Assembly: GCA_013239625.1 (NCBI GenBank)
Contig: MU054338.1
Span: forward strand, 684,001-744,000
Length of the DNA stretch: 60,000 nucleotides
Direction of reading: 5' to 3'
Origin: Lama guanicoe
Taxonomy: Eukaryota
Positions 1 to 10,420 of this stretch are shown in pieces. Position 1 is the first letter of the stretch. Each line of letters starts with the position of its first letter. The position numbers were made by a program, and so were the translations under genes. The notes under the pieces were generated by a model, which was not told where the DNA came from, searched no databases, and saw only the letters and a program-made list of their open reading frames with translations.

Positions 1-562
1 TAGAATGAAGGTGACTGAGAGGAACTCAGCGACCCTGGGCTGAGCCCGTGTGACGCAGGGGGGTGGACGCAGGGCTCTGCAGAGTTGGGGTGCCTGGGGC
101 AGGACCCTGGGGACACGGGCAGCCTGACCCCCAGGATGCGTCCGTGACTCTTGGGCTGGGGCGGGGGTGGGGCGGTGGAAACGCGGCTGGGGCTGGAGCC
201 CCCCGCCCAGTCCCCGCGTGGCCGGGGCACGGCAGGAGGGGGCGCCCGCGGCCCTCCCGGCGCTCGGGCGGGACAAAGGCCGGAGCCCCGGCTCCTCCCC
301 GGCCGGTGCGGCGGCGACGGCCCGCGCTCTCAGAGTCTGCGCCGCCGGGCCGGCGCCCGGGGCCACCCCGGCGCCCCGCCCGCCGCCGCCTGACTTCTCG
401 GCGCCCGAGGTCGCGCGCGCCCAGGCGGGGGCGGCCGGGGATCTCCAAGCGCCGGCGCGCCCTCCTCCCGCCCGCCCTGCGCCCGCCCGCTCGGCGGCGG
501 CAGAGGAGGCGGAGACGGCTGGCAGGCGGCGGCCAGGCGAGCGCGGCGGCCGGACCGGGGCC

Positions 563-705
563 ATGGCGCCCGCGCAGCGCCCGCTGCTGCCGCTGCTGCT
601 GCTGCTGCTGCCGCTGCCGCCGCCGCCGCCCTTCGCGCGCGCCGAGGACGCCGCCCGCGCCAACTCGGACCGCTACGCCGTCTACTGGAACCGTAGCAAC
701 CCCAG
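563..705 (+). CDS. EFNA2: Ephrin-A2 coding exon 1 (signal peptide and N-terminus)
   Basis: Translates MAPAQRPLLPLLLLLLPLPPPPPFARAEDAARANSDRYAVYWNRSNP(R); ends at donor CAG|GTGAG; 143 nt, phase 2. Confidence 0.98.
593..631 (+). repeat. Coding (CTG)6 and (CCG)4CCC trinucleotide repeats (poly-Leu, poly-Pro)
   Basis: Read directly in exon 1. Confidence 0.9.
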
Positions 706-2859
706 GTGAGCGTGGCCACGGGTGGGGACTGGGCGTCGGGAGACCCCGGACGCCCCCATCCCAGCCTGGCCTCCCGCCCCGAGCTCCAGGCGCTCCTACG
801 CGCAGCCCCCGGACTGGGGGCGCCCGCTGCCCACGGGAGCCCCCAGGGAGTTCCAGCCCCCGGAGTTTGGGAGACTCGCGCTCCGCGCGCATCTCCCCCC
901 AGGGCACCCCGCTGCCTGCGATTTGGGAGACTCGGCGCCCTGCACGCCCCAGAGCTCTGCCGGCCCCAGAGTTTGGGGATCCCATCTGGCACCCTCAGAA
1001 GTCGTGCAGCCTGGAATTGGGGGACCCCATCCTCGAGCCTCTCCAGGGATCCCCGCTGGCTTTAGAGTTGGTAGGGATTTCCCAGAACCTTATTACTGAG
1101 CTGCGCCTGGAGGTGGGGGACTGTGGCACTGCCAGGGAGGGGTCCACGGGATCGTTCTCCCGGTAGGTCCCCAGATGAACTTGGGGAAGTTGGAATGTAC
1201 CTCCCTACAGACTGGTCTCCACGTTCACTCCAGAGGATCCCTGGTCCCTGCTTTGTAGCGAAGGGGAGACTGAGGTACCGAGGAGGCTGGGGGTCAGTCC
1301 CGGGAGTCTTGATCAGGTGGTACCCTCTCTTGCCCTCCTGGCGCAGATGAGGAAACTGAGGCTCAGAGGGGCTGAGCAGCTGGCTCAAGGTCATGGCGAG
1401 GGGAGGAGAGCTGGGGCAGGGACCCAGGTGGCCTTGTGCCCAGCCTGCCACGCCCGGCCGAGGTGCCCCACCCGCCTGCCTGCAGGCCTCCTCAGTGTCC
1501 GGCGTGGAGTGTGATCTGGGGAGCAGCAGATGCCCCCATTAGTCGAGCGAGAAAAGTTTGCTGGTGACTGACCACGTCCCGGACGTCCCCGGAGGCTCTG
1601 GGCCATCTGGGGTCTGGAAGGCTGGAGTGGGCCGGGGGTCGCATGGGAGGTAGGGCTCCAGGGTCCTGTAGCTCCTGGTCAGCCCTGCAGTCAGGGTCAG
1701 GGTCTCATCGAGGCCGGCAGGGCTGCACGTGGGGGGCAGAGACACCAGCCTCCCTGTTCCCTGCTCCTCTGCCACCGGTCGCTTTCTCTCCGTTTTCAAG
1801 CGCAGCTGAGTCGCCCTCCAGAGCCCTCTGTTCTCTGCCGTCCCTCATGTCCCCTGCAGTCCTCGATCCTCCGGTGGAAAGTTGCATAAAGGGCCGTCTT
1901 TGAGGCAGGCTCTGGGACAAGGGCACTCAGTATCCCTAGTGGGGGCAGGGAGCGTGCACCGACACATCCCCCTCCGTGGCGGGGTGTGGGGTCGGGTCCT
2001 GGAGCCCAGGGCAGAGACCCAGGGCCGAGGGAGGCTGACCGGCCACCACGGAGCGGGTTCCCCGCGCCGTCCGCCCTGCCGGTCACATGTGGGTCTGATT
2101 AAGGCTCGTCCCTGTGGCCGAGCAGGGAGCCCAGCGGGCCGCGCTTCCCCGGCCCAAGTTTTTGGTTTCAGCCCCGGAATCTCCGTCCCAGCATGGCCTG
2201 CCCTTTGTTCTAGCAAACGCCAAACACGAGAGAAGCCTTTAACGGGGACAGAAGGGGGTCACTGGGGCTGCCCGCTGCCCCACCTGCCACTCGGCTGCAG
2301 GCATGATGCTGGCCAGGGAAGGAGGCAGCCCCCAGTGCCCGGTCCTGGCTGGCTGCTTGGCCGCCTCCTGTTGCTGACCCGACAGCCCCGCTCTGACCAG
2401 CTGCCCTAGGGTATGGCCTTGCTGGTCCAGCGCAGACCCTGGGAGTCAGGGCTTCCTTTTCCTACCCCGCCTCCTGCCTGAGGCATCCTAGGAGGGAGGC
2501 GACCTCCCCGACTTCTTGTGATGCGGCCTGAGACCCAGGGGAGAACCTCACCCCAGGGAGCCAGGTTGGGTCCAGAATCGGGGCTCCATTCACTACTGAA
2601 GTTATGAGGCTCTGCCAAAGGGGGCGGCCTCGGTGGCCCAGGGATCCATCAGGAGGTTTGGTATCCAGGGGTGTCTAGACCAGAACCTGCGTCCGGTGAC
2701 AGAGTGTGCGTCAGGCATGGGAGAAGAGGTGGTGTCTGGGCTCAGAGTCCGAGGGCACCCGGAGTGGATATTTGCTAAGGGCGCCTGGCCCCTGGCTGCT
2801 GCTGGGGAAAGAGGTGCAGAAGCGACGAGCAGGCCTGAGGTGTGAGGCAGTCCCACAGG

Positions 2860-2960
2860 CTGAGACGAGAGAGATGGACGGGCCTGTCTGGGGAGAGACA
2901 GAGGAGAGACGGAGGAGACGGAGGAGTTGGAGGAGACTGAGAACACGGAAAATGCAGGGA
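2860..2960 (+). repeat. Purine-rich low-complexity tract (GGAGGAGAC-like units)
   Basis: gaggagagacggaggagacggaggagttggaggagac. Confidence 0.7.
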
Positions 2961-3439
2961 CAGGGCCGAGCCTGAGCGAGGGGCGCACACAAAGGGCGCA
3001 GTAGGGAAGGGGCCGGAGCCGGGGCTGGGCCGGCCGGGGTCGGGGCCGCTTGGGCAGTGCAGGAGCTGGAGGGCTGTGTGTGCTCAGGTGGGGGACCCCC
3101 AGGCACAGGCGGTGCTGTGGTGGGCCACCCTCACCCGGCCGGGCTTGGTACCTGCGCCGAGGTAATAAGTATGTGGCTGTGTTTCCCAAATTGCATTCTC
3201 CTGCTGTGCAGTGCTTCTCCTGCGCACACGCGGCTGGCCGACGTCGCGAGGGAGCCCCGCACCCACCTCCGCCACCCCCGAAGGGTGGAGCCTGGTCCAG
3301 CCACCCAGCCCGGCACCCACACTGCCCGGCTGTCCAGCTGTCTGTCCTTGACTGGGTGGGCACTCCTGGGCTGGCTGCCGGGCATCTCTGGGCCTGGCTG
3401 CAGCTAGACTGGACTGGGCTGGCGGTTCTGGCCAGCCGA

Positions 3440-3830
3440 GTGCGGGGCTGTGTGTACTTCTGTGTATGTGGGGGGTATGGGGGTGTCTGCCCCGTCACTG
3501 TGCATTGCTGCGTGCTCTCGCCCATGATGTGCAGGGGTCCTGGGGCACACACATCACCCGGCCACACCGATGTTCACTCGCCTGCGTGTGCCTGGCGGCC
3601 CTGGCCCTGGGCGTCTGCACACGTGTCCGCATGATTGTGCCTGGAGTCCACGCGTGTGCAGAGTGCGTGCACGTCTGCAGGAGTTCTGTGTGTGGCGTGT
3701 GCGTGGTGTCTGGGGTGAACGTGTGTGTCTGCGTGTGCAGATTTGCACCTGGGGAGAATGTATGTCCATATGTGGGATACACATGTCTTTAGAGTGTCTG
3801 CATGGCACGCACACGTGTGTCTGTGTGTGC
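3440..3830 (+). repeat. Degenerate TG/CA-rich alternating purine-pyrimidine region
   Basis: Many GTGT, GCGTGT and CACAC runs. Confidence 0.7.
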
Positions 3831-4886
3831 AGCCCGGCTCTGGCCCTCCCAGGGCCTCCAGGGACACAGCTTGCCCCGCTGCCGGCCTGGCCGCTCCTCC
3901 CCCACCCCCTTCTTGGGCCCAGGTGGGTCCCTGCTGCCTGTGGTGCAGGGGGGCCATCGAGGTCCAGAGCTGGCACTGCACACGCAGGGCGCCTGCTGCC
4001 TGGGGGGCCAGTGGTGCCCGCCGGGCTGGGGCTCTGCCTGACTGGGCCTCTCGGGCTTTGGCTGGACCTCCACAGGCCAGATCGCCCGCAGGTGTTGGCA
4101 GTGGCCAGGTTCCCCTCATAAATGGCCTGGTGGGAAAATGGCGGCTGGAGCAGCATCTTCCCGGGGGTGGGGGTGTCGGGCCCCCCGGTCCCTGCCGGTC
4201 TCACCCAGGCCTCTGGGACACCGACTTTGAAGGGGGCGACGCCATGACTTACTGCATGAGGCTTTTTTGTTTTGTTAGAAAAAGTCTCGTCCGCTGGCTT
4301 AGGGGGCTTGGAGGATGAGGACCTGGGGGCCTGGGGGCCCTGGGGCCAGAGGGTGTGTTCTGGGGGGCTGTGGGGAGCCCCACTTCAGGGATCCGGGAAG
4401 CCTGGGTGTGCCCTTGGGTGGATGGCTTGGCTGCTCGGAGCCCTGTGTCTCCTGTGTGAAGTGGGGCGGTGGTCGTGCCTCTCAGCAGCAGGGCCAAGAG
4501 TGCACAGGCAAGGCAGGAGCATGTCCCAGGGCGAGGAGGACCCCAATGAGGAGGGGAAACTGGGGCAGCTCCTGCGGGCCAGAGGGGGAGCCTCCAGGAC
4601 CAGGCGCCTAGATCTGCAGCAATAGGGAGATTCTAGCCCGGCATGCCAGGGGCGAACCGCAGTGCGGGGGGCTGGCTGGCAGTTCTGAGATGCTCCCCAC
4701 CTTCCCAGGGGCTGGGCTCTGGAGCTGGGGTTCACGGCTCCATGGGGCCCAGTGGTCGGGTGGGCTGACCTACCTGTCCCCAGCCTTGGTCCCTCCCCAT
4801 AGTGGACCCCAGGCGTCCTCAGCGGGCAAACCAAGAAACTGAGGCTTCAGGCGAGCGGTGGGCTCGGCAGGATCTGGCCTCCATCT

Positions 4887-4922
4887 GGCTGGGGAGCCGG
4901 GCTGGGGAGCCGGGCTGGGGAG
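4887..4922 (+). repeat. 13-bp tandem repeat GGCTGGGGAGCCG, about 2.7 copies
   Basis: Read directly. Confidence 0.8.
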
Positions 4923-6124
4923 GGTGCTTGCCATCTCTGACCTCTGGGCGCTCGCGCTCCAGCAGATGTCTCCTGAGGTTCCTGGGTCCCTGGGGATCGT
5001 GGGTGGAGTGGTGGTCATCTCGGGATGGCAGGTACATGAATAGGGGTCTGGGAGGCAGTGTTTTTGCAGAGCCCACGATTTCCTTCCATCAACTGGTTCC
5101 ACAGCCCCTGAGTCAGGCCATGTTTTCTCCATGACACACCCATCCCCTGCCCCCCTCCTCAGGACAAAGGTCTTGGCCAGCCTTGCCCCGCCCTGTTGCT
5201 TTGGGGGAACTGTCTGTTTTGGAGGTGGGTCCAGAGGGAAGGCTTGGCTGTGTCCCTCAGAGGGTGGGCATCCCAGGTGCATGGCTGAAAGCTTGGCTCT
5301 GAGTTCTGTGGCCAGTCAGCCCAGGCCGGAAGCTCACCCCTACGCCCACTCTTGGGCCAAGCCTCCGTCTCGTTGTGGGCCTGGGGACCTTGGCTTTGGG
5401 AGGCTCCGTTCACTGCAAGGGCCATGCTGCCCTTACCTGCCCCCCAACCCAGCCACAAACCCCCTAATCTGCCCACTCCGGGAGGCAGCCTCCCATTTAT
5501 GCCTCCGTTTTGCGGACCCAGAGCAACTCACCTACAGCCATGAGGAAGTTGGGTCCAACTGGGGTGATCCCCCCAAGAGGCGGCCACATCTGGGGCTGGC
5601 CAAGGAGTGTCAGGGACACTGCGCACATTGTAGGGGCGAGGGAGGGTGGGGTGACCAAGGTAGGTGCTCCCTGTGGACTGTGCACCCAGGCTTCCTCCCA
5701 CCTGAGACAGAGGCCTTTGGGTGGGGCTGACCCTGCGGCCTTCCCCCACCTCTCCTGCCCACCCTGCCCCATTATTTTACCTCTTCAGCTCTGGGGCTTT
5801 TGCCTCAGTTTACCCCTGTACCCGCAAGGCCATAATCGTTCTTTCTCGGCTGACCCTGCACTCCTCTGAGGCCCCAATTTTCCATGAGGTCCCACCCAGA
5901 GCCCACCCCCAGCCCCCGCCCCCAGCTGGAGGAAGCTGGCCAGACTTCAAATGGGGCCAGCATCTTCTCGGCTAGGGGAGGGCACTGAGGTCTCGGGTCT
6001 CGCTGGGGGTGGTGGGCAGGGGTGGGCGGGCTCTGTCCACCCTGAGCCCCAGGACCCTGCTCCCTATAGGGCGGCCTGGGTGTGCTCCTTGCTGGGATCT
6101 TTGCTGGTATCTCTGAGCCCCCCT

Positions 6125-6273
6125 TTTTTGAGGGTTTGTCTGTTTTATGGGGAGAGGTAATTAGGTTTGTTTATTTATTTATTTATTTATTTATTACTGG
6201 AGGTGCTGGGGATTGAACCCACGACCTCACGCATGCTAAGCATGCGCCCTACCACTGAGCTGTACCGTCCCCC
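6125..6273 (-). mobile_element. tRNA-Ala-derived SINE (Vic-1-like) in EFNA2 intron 1
   Basis: Reverse complement GGGGACGGTACAGCTCAGTGGTAGGGCGCATGCTTAGCATGCG...GGTTCAATCCCCAGCACCTCCA, then (AAAT)n and an AAACCTAATTACC tail. Confidence 0.9.
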
Positions 6274-7129
6274 AACGCCTCTTTAATAGGAGCTGTGAAC
6301 GGGCTCAGACCTGGGAGACGGAGGCAGAGGAGCAGGGATTGAGGTGGACACAGACTCCCCTGGGTGCAGGATGAGGGCCTGGCTGCTGCCTGTCCCACCT
6401 GTGCCTCAGTTTCCAGTCTGGGAAGGTGGCACAGTACCCCCACCCCCAGTTGGGGTGAGACTCCTAATTAGTTGCTTTGCGATTAGCATCTAATGACTTG
6501 ACAGTCTCCCGATTGGAGCTAATTAGCTACATGCCGGATGGTTGCCAGGGAGGGGGTGGTGGGTGGGGTTGGGATGGCCGGTGAGGGTCACTGGGGGCTG
6601 GGAGGGCTGCCTGGAGGAACCGACACTGGCAGACAGCTGGCAGGATGAACTGAGGGTGAAGGTGTGGCTGGGTGGGGGCAGGGAGGTTTGAAAGCCTCAG
6701 GGAGCCCTCTGTCTGGGAAGGGATCCCAAGTTAGTCATTAACCCCTTAGTGAGAATTTCGATCTCTATCTGCCTCTCCCACAGAGCATTTGCATATCAGG
6801 CTTTGGCACTGATGGAGGGAATGAAGGCTTGTCTTGCTCTTACCAGGCTTGGTTTAGGATTGGGGCCCCCTCCCCTGCACAGGCGCCACCCTGAGCAGGG
6901 GCGAGGCGCCAGCTTGGAACCAGGATTGCCAACGCAGCAAGGCCGGCGCTGTTTTAGGGTGGGGAAGGGAAAAAAGTGGCCCATGTAGGAGGCCAGAGCT
7001 CAGGTGGTGGTGGAGGGGGCCGTGCTTCTCCTGGGACCCCCCTGCTTGGGGTCCTCACTCCTGAGCCTGGGGACAGCTTTCTGCTCTTCATGACTCTTGC
7101 ACCTTAAAGACCTTGCACCCTTGGCCTTT

Positions 7130-7530
7130 GTTCAATGAACAAACATGCATTGAGTGCCACTGTGTACAGGGCCTGTGCTGGCCATAGAGGAAGGGCCAGC
7201 GAAGGAGGCCGACCCTGTGATTCGGGAAAGGCAGGCAGTGAGCTGTGTGAAGGCACATACATACAATGATGCCTGAGTGAGATGAGGTGGGAGAAGCAGG
7301 GAAAGGCGTTCAGGCAGAGGGGGCCGCTTGTGCAAAGGCCCTGGGGTGCGAACAGCTCGGCCTGGAGGGTGAGCTGCGGGAGGCAGAGGGCGATGAGGTG
7401 GAGGGTGGGAGCCACACGGGGCCTGGTGGGCCTGAGAGGCCTGTGGGTTTTGTTCTGAGTGGTGGGGAGCCAGTGGAGGGCTTTGAGCCAACAGATCACA
7501 GGGTCTGATTTACATTCAGAAAAGCGAGCC
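7130..7530 (-). mobile_element. L2 LINE 3' fragment
   Basis: Typical L2 motifs: CAAACATGCATTGAGTGCC, TGCAAAGGCCCTG, GGAGCCAGTGGAGGGCTTTGAGC, TCTGATTTACATT. Confidence 0.65.
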
Positions 7531-10106
7531 CTGGATTTTGGGAGGAACTTGGCCACCCTGCTGGGGCCTGGACATCCAGCCTCTGAGCCAGTAAAGCAGC
7601 TTTTGGTCTTTTCAGAAGGTGAGCTGAGGGGAACGTGATGGTGGTGGTGACACCGCGGGAGGAAGGCAGGGATCACGGGGGAAACACAGGCAGAGGTGGA
7701 GGGAGAGACAGGGGAGACACTGCAGCCCCACCTTCTGGAGTCCGTCCTCTCTGGGAAGACCCTGCATACAGTCAGGTTCTCTTTCAGGCTGAGTGTATAT
7801 CCTCCAGCATCATGTCAGGGATGAGAGGGGAAACTGAGGCCCAGAGCTGGGTGGGGGACCAGGACCCCCCCACTGCCTGCGGTTACCCGTCACAGCCTCT
7901 GCCGCAGGGCCTGCCTGCTGAGGGTGGGTCCCCGGGCGGCTGCTGGGCCACGGCTGTCATCGATCAGCTGATCAATGGGGCCGGGAAGGAGTGAAAATGA
8001 CTTTTCAAAAAGCCTGGAGCAGCTTCTGCATCGATCGTGCCCAAGGGGCCGGAGAACAAGGCTGGTCAATGAGATGCCTGTGCCCGGCCAGCCGTGGGTC
8101 GGCCCAAGGGAGCAGCAGGGTCCCAGCCTGACCCAGGGTCGCCCCACATCTGTGTGCACCGCTGGAGTTCTCCCAGTATCAGCCTCAAGGACCATCCCCA
8201 CTGCACAGAGTTGGAAACTGAGGCTTTGAGAAGAGGAACTGAGAGACCCAGCTGGACTCCGTCCTGCCACTGTACCAGAATTAGGTGGATCCTTGGCCCT
8301 CGACTGACCCCCGCTGCCAGACACGTTTATTCTGTAAATGCTTTCCCACCTCTGTGGGACGTGGGTGGGCTCCCTGTCCCTGGAGAAACCCAGCAGAGGG
8401 GGGAAGCGGCTGGGGGTGCATCCAGCCCCCCCCCCCCGCCAGCTTCCTGACCAGAAATTCTGCGAGCCTTGACGTCAGCGACAGACTTGAAGTCATCACA
8501 CTGGCTCTCTGGGGAAACAGAGGTACAGGAGCCAGGTCTTTTGCCTGCCTCCTTCCCACCTCTGGGGTTCCAGGAGCCCTTGCCCCTGCCTGGTGCAGTC
8601 TCAGGGGTGGCCGGGGGCAGGCCAATGCCATCTGATGATCCAGCCGCCCCCTCAGGTGCTGACTGTGCCAGTCACCACAGCCGGCATGGGGGCCCTGCCT
8701 TGTTCCCTCCCGCGGGCTGGGGCAGCTGGTGGAGCAGGCACGGAGGGGCTGGGATCCTAGCAGCCTGTGCCCTCCCTGCCCCCGAGTCTCACTGGGCCTC
8801 AGTTTCCCTGCCAGTGCAGGGAGGGAGGAGGCAGGGACAGCCTGGGGGAGCCTGCCCCCCAGCCTTCCGCTGCTTGGGCCTTTTATGTGCTAATGAGCCC
8901 CTCTTGGGAGGCCCCCTTGTCCCCCCTCGGTCCAGGCCGCGTTTACATGACAGGGGCCCGGGGGACCGCGTCCATGAGATCTAAGGGCTCCTGGCGCTGT
9001 AGCCCGAGGCGATGATGGAGGGGGAGCTGCCGGTCCCTTGCTCAGCTGACCTCCATCCTCATCAGATGAGGCTGGGTCGGGGGGGTCCCCTGGGGAAAGG
9101 GGTGCATGCTGCATGTCAGTATGTTAAGACCCCCAGGGCAAAGGCTGGGGGCAGAGGTGTCAGGGGTGGGGAACCTGGCGGGGTGGCCCGGAGGTTGAGG
9201 GGTAGCTGCCAGGTTTTAGTGGCTCTGAAGAGAGAGCACAGGATGCCATACCGTATGGAAGGGGCGGTGCTGGGGGCAGTCGAATCCAGGGCATCCCTGA
9301 GTTGGACTGAGGGAGTGAGGCCCGAACAGCCTTCCCAGGAAGCCTCTCCCCTTTCAGGGAAACTGAGACTAGGGGAGGGGTAAAGCCTGTCCCAGAGAGG
9401 TCCATGTCTCCCCCTGCCCTTGGCCTGCCTTCTTGCCGGGCAGATCTGCAGAAGGAAAGCTAAGGAGGCTGCATCTGGGGGTAGCATGGGGGGCCTGCCT
9501 GGAGGAGGGGGCAGAGAAGTCAAGCAGTTAGTTTTGGAGATGGACTTCCTGGGAGGGGAAGCATCTTGGGCCAGGCCTGTTGTGGCTGAGGGGCACAGAT
9601 GTCGATTCTGCACAGGGTGAGGGGCTTGCGGGGGGGCTCCCAGTCACAGGGAGCCTGCTCGGTTGCATCTGGTTACCCAGAATGCTCGGCGGCAGCCCCT
9701 CCTCCCCAGCGCCCACATCACTGTGGGCCGGTGAGTGGCTCAGGACTCCACCGCCTCAAGGCACCTGCTGTGGCCTGGTTGGGTGGTGAGTTGTTCCAGG
9801 GAAGGGACCATGGGCTCACACCTTGGCACCTCTCTGTGGGCAGGGCGTTTGCCCAGCGGTCCCCTAACCACTCCCCTGCCCCATCTCCCACCTACTCCTT
9901 TGTCCCTGAACTGACCCATCTCCCCCCTCCTCCCCTGCCTGCCCTGGTGCTCCAGAGCCGCCCCCGGCCTCTGCTCCCACGCTGACCACTGACCCCTACC
10001 CATCTTCCCCATCCCTCCCCTCCCCTCCCCACTTCCGTTCCGCTGTGCTCCCCATCCCCCATCCCCGCCCCTCCCGGGCTGTGACCGCTGGCCGCCGCTC
10101 CCGCAG

Positions 10107-10420
10107 GTTCCACGCGGGCGCTGAGGACGACGGCGGTGGCTACGCGGTGGCGGTGAGCATCAATGACTACCTGGACATCTACTGCCCGCACTACGGGGCG
10201 CCGCTGCCGCCGGCCGAGCGCATGGAGCGCTATGTGCTGTACATGGTCAACGGCGAGGGCCACGCCTCCTGCGACCACCGGCAGCGCGGCTTCAAGCGCT
10301 GGGAGTGCAACCGGCCCGCGGCGCCCGGGGGGCCGCTCAAGTTCTCCGAGAAGTTCCAGCTCTTCACGCCCTTCTCGCTGGGCTTCGAGTTCCGTCCGGG
10401 CCACGAGTACTACTACATCT
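10107..10420 (+). CDS. EFNA2: Ephrin-A2 coding exon 2 (ephrin receptor-binding domain)
   Basis: Acceptor CCGCAG|G; encodes [29 protein letters not shown]...WECNRP...[27 protein letters not shown]; donor T|GTGAGT; 314 nt, frame continuous with exon 1. Confidence 0.99.

Larger units (their letters stand above)
150..960 (+). promoter_or_regulatory. EFNA2: CpG island promoter / 5' UTR of EFNA2
   Basis: Very high CpG and GC density, GC boxes (GGGGCGGGG near 157-165), no TATA box, surrounds the ATG at 563 in a strong Kozak context (GGGGCCATGG). Confidence 0.9.

Noticed and set aside
26..1166. Long overlapping ORFs (319, 367 and 220 aa) across the EFNA2 promoter
   Set aside because: Arg/Gly/Pro/Ala-rich frames caused by stop-codon scarcity in a CpG island; only 563-705 is supported as coding
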